Source: an uncultured bacterium (GTDB lineage: Bacteria > Fermentibacterota > Fermentibacteria > Fermentibacterales > JCC-6). Taken from it: a DNA stretch of 64,000 bases. The notes under the pieces are model-generated. The model was given only the letters and a program-made list of their open reading frames with translations. It did not search any database and had not been told where the DNA came from. How positions within the stretch are numbered: the stretch's first letter is position 1; each line of letters starts with the position of its first letter. The translations under genes and the position numbers were made by a program. Where the stretch lies: NCBI GenBank assembly GCA_965372215.1, contig CBDVBK010000005.1:2083-66082 (forward strand), given 5' to 3'. Shown here piece by piece: positions 37,885 to 47,338 of the stretch.

Positions 37885-38739
37885 TTAGAAATCAATACTC
37901 CTGAACTTCCAGTAGCCCAATCCCAGTAGTACAATGCTCCAGCAGACAGCGTAGACAAGATGAAGATGGGGAACATCCGCGGTTACCCCAAAGAACGCAA
38001 GATTCTCGGTAATAACAGCTTCCTTTGGAATCAGTCCGTATATGACCCCTCTGTAACCTCTGTCCGCGGGGAAGACATACATTATAACTCTGGTGACTGT
38101 CACGAGAGCGTCAGGTGCGTCTCCAGGGAACATCTGCATTATTTCATTAATGCCACCGAACATTGAAGCAACGGCAGCCAGGAAGAAAGTGATGAGCATT
38201 GAAGCCACTTTTTTGATGATGAGGGAGAGGAATGTCACGGAAGCCCAAACTGCAGCAAGCCAGATTAGCATTGAGATCAGAACCATCGGGACGCTGCGAG
38301 GGGAAAATGGAAAATATATCCGCGTAATCACAAATATTCCCGTGAAAAGAACAAGCGATAGAACAAAAGATACCGCCAGGGGAGCAAGACTTGTTGAAAG
38401 ATATACTCTCAGTCTTGATTGGGGGAGTGATAACCAGAATGGCATTCGACCCTGTCCTATCTCTTCCGGAAGCATGGTTGAGCCAATCACGATTATCAAT
38501 GCCGTAAGCAGAGTTGCAGCGAGAGGACCGGCTGTAATTATTGCTGCAAGAGCAGCATCGGCTGGCCCCAGCATACTCATAACCGGATCACCCGAATCGT
38601 TTCCCTGATTGAATTCAATGGATGAAGCAGCGGAAACCCCCCACCAGTAAAAGCCAAGAAAAACAAATGTAGCTATTACGGCAGTCAGAACTATTTTTCT
38701 TCTCAGCAGCTGCTCAATAAAGTTAAGAAACAATGTCAT
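37885..38739 (-). CDS. ABC-2 family transporter permease
   Basis: Six TM helices. Overlaps the ATPase gene upstream. Confidence 0.5.
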   Translation of the reverse strand: MTLFLNFIEQLLRRKIVLTAVIATFVFLGFYWWGVSAASSIEFNQGNDSGDPVMSMLGPADAALAAIITAGPLAATLLTALIIVIGSTMLPEEIGQGRMPFWLSLPQSRLRVYLSTSLAPLAVSFVLSLVLFTGIFVITRIYFPFSPRSVPMVLISMLIWLAAVWASVTFLSLIIKKVASMLITFFLAAVASMFGGINEIMQMFPGDAPDALVTVTRVIMYVFPADRGYRGVIYGLIPKEAVITENLAFFGVTADVPHLHLVYAVCWSIVLLGLGYWKFRSIDF

Positions 38740-39646
38740 CCTCCAGATCTGAATGATCCATTATCCTGAGAAAGACATCCTCGAGGCTTTCTCTCTTAAG
38801 ACTGAGAGATGTGAAGATAATACCCGTGCTCAGTACGATCTCGGTGAATTTCCTGAAGGCAGACGGGGCAGATAGCTGTACGATTACTCCTTTGTTTTCG
38901 ATTTGGCAGGAGTAATCGGCATTCTCGAGAGCTTTGTGCATTTCAGTGGTTTGTTCTGTTTCAACGAAGGCAAGCCCTGTCTGCCTTGAAAGAGAATCAA
39001 TTGCGCCTTCCGCTATAAGGAAACCTTTGCTGATGAATGCCGCTGTATCACTAACCAGTTCAACCTCACCAAGCAGGTGAGAGTTAATCAATACCGTTGA
39101 TCCTTTTGAAGCAAGATCCTTTATTAGATTTCGAATCATTATCCGTCCAGCGGGATCAAGACCTGTAGAAGGTTCATCAAGAAGAACAAGGGCAGGGTGA
39201 CCTGTCGTAACAAGAGAAAGGGCAACCCGCTGCTTCTGTCCTCTGGACATTTTCCCCATCGGTCTGTTCATCAGATCGACACAGTCAAGTTCTGTACAGC
39301 GATGAATGAAATCATGCATGCTGGATTCATGCCTGATGCGCTCCAGCTGCCGTATCAGTACTTTGGGAGTGGCCCAGGGTGGGAAGGTCAAATATTCCGG
39401 AAGGTATCTGACACTTCTTCTGGATAGTGGTGACGATACAGGAAGATTCAAAATATTAACTGTTCCAGAGTCATATTTAACAATTCCAAGAAGTATTTTC
39501 ATCAGGGTGGTTTTACCGGCGCCATTAGGACCAAGAAGAGAAAATATCATGCCGGATTTCACTTCAAGGCTGAATTCTCGAAGTGCCTGTACTTTTCGAT
39601 AGGATTTGAATAATTTGCTGACCTGAATCAGCGGTTCTTTATTCAC
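38723..39646 (-). CDS. ABC transporter ATP-binding protein
   Basis: Walker A GPNGAGKTT, signature MSRGQKQR, Walker B LVLLDEPSTGLD. 307 aa. Confidence 0.85.
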   Translation of the reverse strand: MNKEPLIQVSKLFKSYRKVQALREFSLEVKSGMIFSLLGPNGAGKTTLMKILLGIVKYDSGTVNILNLPVSSPLSRRSVRYLPEYLTFPPWATPKVLIRQLERIRHESSMHDFIHRCTELDCVDLMNRPMGKMSRGQKQRVALSLVTTGHPALVLLDEPSTGLDPAGRIMIRNLIKDLASKGSTVLINSHLLGEVELVSDTAAFISKGFLIAEGAIDSLSRQTGLAFVETEQTTEMHKALENADYSCQIENKGVIVQLSAPSAFRKFTEIVLSTGIIFTSLSLKRESLEDVFLRIMDHSDLEDDIVS

Positions 39647-39706
39647 TGAGTCCTTCCTTTTAGTATAATAGTCCCTTGTTCATAAACATAACATAACAGG
39701 AGACTA

Positions 39707-40741
39707 TTGATATCCAATAGAAAAATCGTAAGTACAGCATTTGGGATAATCCTCGGAATATTCCTATCCTGGCTGCTTCTAAGCACTTCAGGCGGACATG
39801 GTGGTATCGCAGCAGCACTTAACAATATCTTTAACAGAGTTGCGGAAGCTGATACGGGACTCCTTCTCCGAGCTTTTGCTCTATTCCTTCTAAGTCAGAT
39901 TCTAAGAGCATTCAGATGGATGATTCTCAGCTTCGGCAGGAAAGTACCATTTTCTATATCCATGCCTGTTACATCCATTCATGTAGGACTTGGGCATCTT
40001 CTTCCTGTCAGACTCTCAGATGTTGCTTTCGTAGGACTTTTCAAACATTTCGGCGCGGTTCCGGTAGGATACGGAACCGCAACTGTTGTATTCGCGAAAC
40101 TGCTCGATCTTGTCGCGATGGGAATTATTATCGGATCCGCAGTCGCTGCGGGAATGGGAGAAATGTTTCTTGTAGCACCTATACTGGTTATAACCGGATG
40201 CCTCGGCATTTTCTTTATTGTTCCTCTTCTTGGAACTGTACGGAAACCGGTGCTCTGGATCTTCCAGAAATTACTGCCGCACGGTAAAACACTCTGGTTC
40301 GATGATCTTCTTGAAGCATCCACTGTAAGAAGAAGAAAAGGAAAGATGGCATCTGCGCTCATCGTTTCGCTTGCAGCCTGGATCAGCAAACTTCTAATGT
40401 TCTGTATGCTGCTGGAATCCCTCGGAATCACTGGAATACCTCTATGGAAAATCTTCTTCGCAAGCGGAGTTACGGATATCACAATGGCATTGCCTGTTCA
40501 CGGCCTTTTAAGTCTGGGAACCGTTGAAGCCGGATGGGCTGCAGGATTTGCCATGGTTGGGATTGAGGGTATTGTTGCTTCTGGTACAAACATTATCGAA
40601 CTGGGTTTCAGTGTACATCTGCTCTGGATGTTCATGGCTGTATTTCTGATGATTCTTGCCATTCCATGGCTCTGGTTCCTGTCACTGAAAAAATATAGAC
40701 CATGTGTTTCTATGAAATCGACTTTTAAGGATACAAATTGA
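39707..40741 (+). CDS. flippase-like / UPF0104 (lysyl-phosphatidylglycerol-synthase TM-region) family membrane protein
   Basis: Eight TM helices. Conserved LRAFRWMIL motif of PF03706-type proteins. 344 aa. Confidence 0.5.
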   Translation: MISNRKIVSTAFGIILGIFLSWLLLSTSGGHGGIAAALNNIFNRVAEADTGLLLRAFALFLLSQILRAFRWMILSFGRKVPFSISMPVTSIHVGLGHLLPVRLSDVAFVGLFKHFGAVPVGYGTATVVFAKLLDLVAMGIIIGSAVAAGMGEMFLVAPILVITGCLGIFFIVPLLGTVRKPVLWIFQKLLPHGKTLWFDDLLEASTVRRRKGKMASALIVSLAAWISKLLMFCMLLESLGITGIPLWKIFFASGVTDITMALPVHGLLSLGTVEAGWAAGFAMVGIEGIVASGTNIIELGFSVHLLWMFMAVFLMILAIPWLWFLSLKKYRPCVSMKSTFKDTN

Positions 40742-42048
40742 ACAAAAGTACAGTTATAGTTGGAGCAGGAACAGCTGGTCTTACACTCGCTGAACGTCTG
40801 ACTGCAAGCAGTGAGAACAGCCATGTTACTGTTATAGAACGGAACAGCACTCCAGGAGGATTAGCACGAACCTTCGAGAAGGATGGCTATCTTTTTGACA
40901 TTGGTCCACATCGTTTCCATACAACTGATCCTGTCGTAGAGAAGTACCTTCTCGATATCCTGGGCGATGAGCATATAGCCATAGAGAGAGTAAGCAGTGT
41001 TTATATTGAGGACAATTATAAGCACTGGCCTCTGACTATTGGAGCAGTAATAGGTTTGCCGTTTTCTGTACTCTTCAGAAGTTTTCTTGATCTTTTCCGC
41101 CGATCAAAGGATGACAACGTTCATAATTTTGCTGAATTCATTATAGCGAGGTACGGGAAAAATCTCTACGATTTCTTTTTCAGTGGTTACACAAGAAAAT
41201 TCACCGGAATCGATTCTGACAGACTTCATTTGGATTGGGCCGCTGCGGGAGTGAACCGTGCTGTAATTGATAAAAAAGTTAAGGCTGATAATCTGTTCTC
41301 CCTTTTAAAGGGTTTGCTGCTTCCGAAACCTGTCGCGACTACTTTCTACTATCCCTCCATAGGTGGAATACAAACATTCTGTGATAAGCAGATAGAAAAG
41401 ATCAGTGAAAACGGTGGAAAAGTCATTTTCAGCTCAACTGCTTCAGGGATAGTGACATCTGAAGGCAGGACAGTGGGTGTGAAGCTGGAGAATGGAGAAG
41501 TCATTCCAGCAGATACGGTTTTCTGGTCAGCTCCAATATCTATTCTGTATCCTGAATCAGGGTTCCGCTTCTTGAACACACTTATCTGCAATATCGCCCT
41601 CTCGAAAAGACAACGGAATACATACCAATGGTGTTATTTCGGCCAGGAAGATATCGTTTTCAGCAGACTTACCGTTCCTCGTAATTTCAGGAAGGACACT
41701 GTACCTGAAGGATGCGACAGCCTCATCGCGGAGATAACTGTAACGAGAGACAGCGAACTCTGGCGTAATCCGGACTCATGCCGGGAAAAATTGTTATCCG
41801 ATCTTGAAAGGGTCCAGGCTTTGAATCCTGCAGATATTACCTTCCTTGACTGGCAGAGAATTCCCGAGACATATCCTCTGTACGATCTTGAATACAGGAA
41901 TCGTCTTTCGGAAATAGAACTTCCAGAAGGTCTCGAGCTGCTTGGTCGCTGTGGTTCATTCTGGTACAACAATATGGATCACTCCATCGGTCAGGCTCTT
42001 GCCATTGCAGGAGGAAAATCCTTCGAAAAGGATTTCTGGAAGAACTGA
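40738..42048 (+). CDS. FAD/NAD(P)-dependent oxidoreductase (UDP-galactopyranose-mutase / amine-oxidase-like)
   Basis: N-terminal Rossmann motif VIVGAGTAGLTLAERL. GPHRFHT resembles the Glf GPHIFHT. 436 aa. Its start overlaps the previous gene. Confidence 0.55.
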   Translation: MNKSTVIVGAGTAGLTLAERLTASSENSHVTVIERNSTPGGLARTFEKDGYLFDIGPHRFHTTDPVVEKYLLDILGDEHIAIERVSSVYIEDNYKHWPLTIGAVIGLPFSVLFRSFLDLFRRSKDDNVHNFAEFIIARYGKNLYDFFFSGYTRKFTGIDSDRLHLDWAAAGVNRAVIDKKVKADNLFSLLKGLLLPKPVATTFYYPSIGGIQTFCDKQIEKISENGGKVIFSSTASGIVTSEGRTVGVKLENGEVIPADTVFWSAPISILYPESGFRFLNTLICNIALSKRQRNTYQWCYFGQEDIVFSRLTVPRNFRKDTVPEGCDSLIAEITVTRDSELWRNPDSCREKLLSDLERVQALNPADITFLDWQRIPETYPLYDLEYRNRLSEIELPEGLELLGRCGSFWYNNMDHSIGQALAIAGGKSFEKDFWKN

Positions 42049-42124
42049 TACTGTATTATCGTTATCCAGATAACCATTGTATTGCGGACGAATCAGTCCC
42101 ATAGTATAGTCAATTCAATAATCG

Positions 42125-42262
42125 GTCGCGGGGTGCAGGAAGGCGGTGAGAATCCGCCACGGTAGCGCCACTGTAACCGGGAACCGACCTCCACTTGCCA
42201 CTGCCGGAAGGCGGGAAGGCGGGGGAAGGGTTGATCCGGAAGTCAGGATACTGCACCGCGGC
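42125..42262 (+). ncRNA. cobalamin (B12) riboswitch
   Basis: P1 pairing GGTGCAG (42131-42137) with CTGCACC (42251-42257). GGTGAGAATCC core. B12-box GCCACTG occurs twice. GGGAAGG follows. Lies upstream of a TonB-dependent receptor. Confidence 0.7.
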
Positions 42263-42306
42263 CTGGAGCTTAAATCCCCGCTAAAGGGAGCAAGTTCCGG
42301 CCAGAA

Positions 42307-42341
42307 CCTCCGCGGCTTTATAAATCGCAGGAGGTTTTTTT
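42307..42341 (+). terminator. riboswitch expression platform: hairpin pairing CCTCCGCGG with CGCAGGAGG (sequesters the SD AGGAGG) followed by a T7 tract
   Basis: Inverted repeat plus a U-run immediately 5' of the TTG start of the receptor gene. Typical OFF-state terminator/sequestrator. Confidence 0.45.
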
Positions 42342-44283
42342 GTTCCAGGTTCTTCTACTTTTTTATTCACTAACTCAGACAGGATTTTCTGTCACCGATA
42401 CGACTGGTCTTCCTGTCATTGGTGCCTCCATCTGCACAGACAGCACTCTCATAGGTATTACCGACACTGAAGGCTCGATACTGTTTTCCGTTGAACCGGA
42501 TTACGTTGAAGTGCGAGCCATCGGGTATGCTCACTGGGAAGGACCTCTACCCCCGTCCGGGAACATTGTAATGGTACCTGTTGCCGTTCCTTCGGGATTG
42601 GTTATTTCAGTAACCACATCACGCAGAGGATTCAGAGACCGGTTTCCATCGACTACAGTGCTTGATCGGGATGATATCGAGTTTATTGCCAGGACCGGAC
42701 TCCGAAGCCTTAACAGTCGCTGCAGTGGTATTTACGTAAGAGAATACGGCGGCGCTATGCCTGTGATATCTGTTTCACTTAGAGGAAGTGATCCGGGACA
42801 TTCAGGTTATTATGTGGATGGTCATGATATTGGCAGTTCGCTTGATGGTCTTCCTGGTATGACGCTCGATCCAATTGTTTTCAGCGGAGTTGAAATTGCC
42901 AGGGGAGGAGGGACCGGATTCCTGAAGGGTGGAATGGCGGGAGCATTGAATTTTCTGCCTGAATCGCCTGAGCTGCCTTCAAGAGCAGCTGTTTCCATCA
43001 ATAATGATGGCGCATTGAGGATGTCCTGCGGGGTAACGACCGGCAGAAATCGACTGGCTTTGAGTATCAGAAGACTGGTTGGAATAGAAAGCACCGTAGC
43101 GTACGACGGGGTAGTACTCTTCAACGGGAACATGGATGGATTCAGATATGGTATTATGGCAGCAGCTTCCGGGGGAGAGACGGAGAGTCCTGACTGGAGC
43201 CCTCCCACTGACGGAAGAAGACAAAGGTACTCCATTGATGGGTGGTTACGATGGATGCTGAGTAATTACACTCTTTCCACCGACTTCAGAACAGGAAGAC
43301 ATATTTACAGATCTACAACCCCGACAATCATTGATGATACCCACGACGAATTTAAAGGATCAGTTACTCTTGATTACGACTTACCATTCCTTTGTCTTGA
43401 AACGCATATGGCAGGGAGGACTGTATTTGAGCAGGTTTGGAGCACTTCCCTTGGAGAGAGAAACAGACTGACAGGTGATCTATCGTTCTCATCCGGATAC
43501 ACTGACGCGGTATCAGTAACAGTATCAACAAGATTGAACTGTATACCTTCTGGAGATATAAGGTTTGGAGGAGTACTCTCCACCGGGATACCCGTGTTTG
43601 ATTCACTAATCATTTGTCATATAAGTGGATCCAGGGGATTCAGAAGACCAACCATAAATGATCTGTACTGGCCTGAGGATAATTTCGCCATAGGGAATCC
43701 CGATCTGAGATCGGAGAATTCTCTGGAAACTGAGATTGGAGTATCGCTCATCGGATGTGAGTTGATAAAACTGTCCACAACCGGTTTCCTGGCCATGACT
43801 GATGATCTCATAAGATGGGAACCAGGGAGTGATGGGAAGTGGTCACCTGTCAACATCTCAAAAGCGTTAAGAAAAGGTGTTGAAACCGAAGTATTATTCA
43901 TGTACGGATCGCTGGAAGTCAGAGGTAGTTTCACGTTTCTCAGTGTTACCGATAACTCTCCTGAATCGACGAACTACGGTAGAATTCTTCCATATTCACC
44001 CGATTACACATATGGCCTGGAAACCGGCCTTGATATAATAAGCGATATTCACTGCTCGGTATCCCTGAGCGGGATGGGTATAAGGTTCAAGAACTACAGC
44101 GAGACTTCCTGGATGCCGGCATATACCATCGTTACAGCTGGACTGGATATTCCTATACCATTTACCAGCAGTTTCTCTATCGGTACCTCGGTCGAAAATC
44201 TGTTCGACGAAGAATATCAGGAAACAAGTGGCTACAGAGGAAAATCAAGAACTCTTAGCTTCAGTATCAAATGGAACAATTGA
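42340..44283 (+). CDS. TonB-dependent receptor (SusC/BtuB-like) with N-terminal carboxypeptidase-regulatory-like domain
   Basis: CarbopepD_reg-like N-domain. Plug domain (VEIARGGGTGFLKGGMAGALNF). About 500-aa beta-barrel region. TTG start. A B12 riboswitch lies upstream. Confidence 0.7.
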   Translation: MFQVLLLFYSLTQTGFSVTDTTGLPVIGASICTDSTLIGITDTEGSILFSVEPDYVEVRAIGYAHWEGPLPPSGNIVMVPVAVPSGLVISVTTSRRGFRDRFPSTTVLDRDDIEFIARTGLRSLNSRCSGIYVREYGGAMPVISVSLRGSDPGHSGYYVDGHDIGSSLDGLPGMTLDPIVFSGVEIARGGGTGFLKGGMAGALNFLPESPELPSRAAVSINNDGALRMSCGVTTGRNRLALSIRRLVGIESTVAYDGVVLFNGNMDGFRYGIMAAASGGETESPDWSPPTDGRRQRYSIDGWLRWMLSNYTLSTDFRTGRHIYRSTTPTIIDDTHDEFKGSVTLDYDLPFLCLETHMAGRTVFEQVWSTSLGERNRLTGDLSFSSGYTDAVSVTVSTRLNCIPSGDIRFGGVLSTGIPVFDSLIICHISGSRGFRRPTINDLYWPEDNFAIGNPDLRSENSLETEIGVSLIGCELIKLSTTGFLAMTDDLIRWEPGSDGKWSPVNISKALRKGVETEVLFMYGSLEVRGSFTFLSVTDNSPESTNYGRILPYSPDYTYGLETGLDIISDIHCSVSLSGMGIRFKNYSETSWMPAYTIVTAGLDIPIPFTSSFSIGTSVENLFDEEYQETSGYRGKSRTLSFSIKWNN

Positions 44284-44333
44284 GGGAAATGCACGCTCTG
44301 GTGCGTGTCCCGGACACAAGAAAGGACAGAAGA

Positions 44334-45334
44334 TGAGTAAAGAGCATCTCAAAGTTCTCACTCTCACCGGTATTGCACTGATACTGTTTCTCGCGGTATC
44401 CTGCAATTCCCCTGTTGAACCCGATCCTGGAACTAATCCCAGTGGTAATGTGGTTGCATGGTTCAACGGGCTCAGCTACACCATCGACCTCTATTTTCCG
44501 GAAAGTGATTTACTTGTAGCGACGGCCTACATTACAGGTGAAGTGCCAAATGACATCTTATCTCATGAAGATGGGTATATAGCCGTTCTCAACTCAACAT
44601 CAGCAAATGTCCAGGTTTTTGATCTTAAATCCACCGGAGGAGAGCTTTTTCATATTGATCTTCCCGCTGGCAGCAACCCCTATACAATGTCTTGGGATGG
44701 AGACAATCTGTGGGTAACACTTCTGCTGAACAGTCAGATTGCTAGAGTTGATTTAACTCAAGGAGGAACAGTAACACTTTTCGATGTTCCTGAGTATCCA
44801 AGCGGTATTGCATCTACTGGCACGCTTGTGCTTGTCGGCCACGGGTATTATGAGAGTGGAACCGGCGGGATAACCATACTCGACGCAGTCAGCGGTGTGA
44901 TGATCGGAACGCTTGATACTCCGGAGAACACATGGTGTCTCAAATACTTCTCAGAGACCGGGCTTGTTCATGCAATGAGCACTACCTACAATGGTGACGG
45001 AATGATTTCAATTATCAATCCTGCGAACAACACGATTCTTTCACAGATAGCAATCGGTGAATCTCCTGGAAAACCTGTGCAGGTTGGATCATATTTTGCT
45101 TCTGGTGACGGCTGGTTATCTGAGGAAGTCTTCTTCTACAATGAAACCGGAACTCTTCTCGATACCTGGAATACCGGATTCAATGCGATTGGGCTTGCTG
45201 TAAGCGGTGATACTCTCTACATAACAGATTTCGGAGTAGATAAGGTGTATATCGCAAATTGGTCTTCAAAAACTCTGCTTGACTCTCTTTCTGCTGGAAA
45301 CGGTCCCCAGGGCATCATAGTAGCGGACAGATAG
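44334..45334 (+). CDS. beta-propeller lipoprotein (YncE/BtuG-like), probable B12-capture partner of the receptor
   Basis: Lipoprotein signal LAVSC. Repeated YVTN-like blades (GIASTG..LVLVGHG; GLAVSGDTLYITD). The six-frame ORF begins at 44228, but the ATG at 44334 with its AGGA RBS is the likely start. Confidence 0.5.
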
Positions 45335-45729
45335 CAATGCAATTCTCGGATGGTAAGGTATCCAAAGGACCATCATCTCTATACCCGAGAAAGGTTAATA
45401 CCTTTTGGTATTCATAGAGACAAGGATGATGAAGCGATGATGATCACATTTCTGGAAACGACGAACTTTCATTAATAGCTTTATGTCGTTGCAGATTGTG
45501 ACCCAGATTACATCAGGTGGTCTGGATACCCATCTCGAGTTGAATCGGAATTCGTACCAAGTGATGGATTATCTTCAAGCACTATCATATTCTACATGAG
45601 AAATCGGTTGACTTCTTGATAATAGTATTGAATGTTCCTTAGTGAAGGGTATGTTTAAATTTGATTCTTTAATAATGTATAATGCTTTCGTTAAGTAATT
45701 GCTTATCCTAACTCTTGAATGGAGTCACA

Positions 45730-47145
45730 ATGCGATCAATTTTAGTAATGCTCTGTATCTTGATCTCGACAATAAATGCTCGTCCAGTTTTACTGAAGAG
45801 TGTTGATTGGGGTCATAGCTGGACTAACGATTTACCTGAAGAATTAGAAGTTTCTGGAAATCTCAATGGTGTCGATTATTTACATTGGGATGATGGTATT
45901 GGAGATGGTTTAGCTTCTGTATATGCGGTCGGTGATAACGGACTTGTACTAAGGTATCATACTCATGGTGCTGGTAATTGGGGTATACTTTCAAACATTC
46001 CGGTTTCTGAGGATTTAAATGGTATATCATTCCATCATGTGACCACTGAGCATTCTCAAATCGAAGCGATTATTGTGGGGGATAATGGGTCTGTTATTGT
46101 AACTTATAATTATGGAATTGATTGGAATATCAAGGATGTTGGGACCTCTGAGGATCTTCTGTCTGTTCATTGGGATCAATCAGGTGTGTGGATTTGCGGT
46201 AAGAACGGTACGGTCATACATTCAGATGATACTTGGTCCTGGGACATCCTCAATACACCTGGAGTCGGTGATTTGTATGGTGTTGGTGGACCGTATGATG
46301 AACAGACCTATATTTGCGGGCAGGATGGACAAATACTGTTTACTGATGATGGATTACAATGGGACGTGCAGAATAGTAATACTGATTATTCATTAAGATC
46401 TGTATCAACACGTAGCTCCGAATCCTCTACGTGGAACTTCTGTGCAGGTGAGCATGCCACAATTCTACTTGCATCTGCTTCTGGTTGGAGTGAATGTCCT
46501 ATATATGGTTATCCAGATGATGACCTTTACGGTATTGATGTAGCTTACTCCTATAATTATCCTCATACTGTAGCTGTTGGTTCGAATGGTGCTATATTTG
46601 CTACCCCTACTCCTAACCCTTACGTTTTCTATCCTGTTACAAGCGGTACAAAAAGAACATTGAATGATGTTGCTGGATCAGGTATATCGTATTGGTTTTA
46701 TGTTGTTGGAGACGATTTTGTACCATCATCAATACTTGGTGATAGCGAATTCTTACAAACAGATATTGCACCGTCATCAATACTTGGTGATAGCGAATTC
46801 TTACAAACAGATATTGTTTCATCATCACTATTTGGTGATAGCGAATCCTTACAAACAGATATTTCACCATCATCGACTTGCAGCATTTCCATGAATTACG
46901 TACAAAATGAAGGTATATATCTAATCAGTAATTTAAACTACCAAACAGATGCTGAAATTAAAATACTCGATATTTCTGGACATCTCGTTGGCGAAATAGA
47001 TCATCAAGTAATAAATCCTGGTAGTAACTTCTTTTCACAGAACATGATTCTTGAGAATTGTAGCCAACTTAATAATGGAATCTACTATATACTTCTTTCA
47101 ACTGATTACGGAATATATACCAATTCATTACTTATATTGGAATAA
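45730..47145 (+). CDS. secreted BNR/Ycf48-like repeat protein with T9SS C-terminal sorting domain
   Basis: Signal peptide. Repeated xVGDNGxVxxS/T-DxGxxW blades. Three 16-aa tandem repeats. C-terminal CTD (KILDISGHLVGE...GIYYILLSTDYG). Low GC. The ATG at 45730 is preferred over the TTG at 45715. Confidence 0.5.
   Translation: MRSILVMLCILISTINARPVLLKSVDWGHSWTNDLPEELEVSGNLNGVDYLHWDDGIGDGLASVYAVGDNGLVLRYHTHGAGNWGILSNIPVSEDLNGISFHHVTTEHSQIEAIIVGDNGSVIVTYNYGIDWNIKDVGTSEDLLSVHWDQSGVWICGKNGTVIHSDDTWSWDILNTPGVGDLYGVGGPYDEQTYICGQDGQILFTDDGLQWDVQNSNTDYSLRSVSTRSSESSTWNFCAGEHATILLASASGWSECPIYGYPDDDLYGIDVAYSYNYPHTVAVGSNGAIFATPTPNPYVFYPVTSGTKRTLNDVAGSGISYWFYVVGDDFVPSSILGDSEFLQTDIAPSSILGDSEFLQTDIVSSSLFGDSESLQTDISPSSTCSISMNYVQNEGIYLISNLNYQTDAEIKILDISGHLVGEIDHQVINPGSNFFSQNMILENCSQLNNGIYYILLSTDYGIYTNSLLILE
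46721..46864 (+). repeat. 3 x 48-bp in-frame tandem repeat encoding PSSILGDSEFLQTDIA
   Basis: Seen directly. Copies 1 and 2 differ at 3 nt; copy 3 is more diverged. Generates spurious ORFs on both strands. Confidence 0.85.
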
Positions 47146-47338
47146 TAAGTTAGATTTACTCTAATCAATGGGATTGTATCCTGGGGTCAGGTATTAATAT
47201 TTAGCATTTTGCAAAAGTAAATAGTGTCAGGTCATGATGATTAGCATTAATGAAACGCTAATTTTCACGATCTGATCCTTATGAATTTGCCTGTATATGA
47301 GTTTCTTATGATATTCACCTGTTTCAACAGGAGGTATC

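Noticed and set aside
42146-42373. 75-aa ORF overlapping the 5' UTR of the TonB receptor
   Set aside because: It lies entirely within the cobalamin riboswitch and its expression platform, is Arg/Gly-rich and has no RBS. It is a non-coding RNA region.
44228-44333. N-terminal 35-aa extension of the beta-propeller lipoprotein ORF
   Set aside because: The extension overlaps the end of the TonB receptor gene and precedes a good RBS and ATG (44334) that begins a lipoprotein signal peptide. Only the shorter start is credible.
46637-46894. Three overlapping 64-78-aa ORFs on both strands
   Set aside because: They are generated by the 3 x 48-bp tandem repeat inside the T9SS cargo gene, and their repetitive peptides mirror it. 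They are artefacts.
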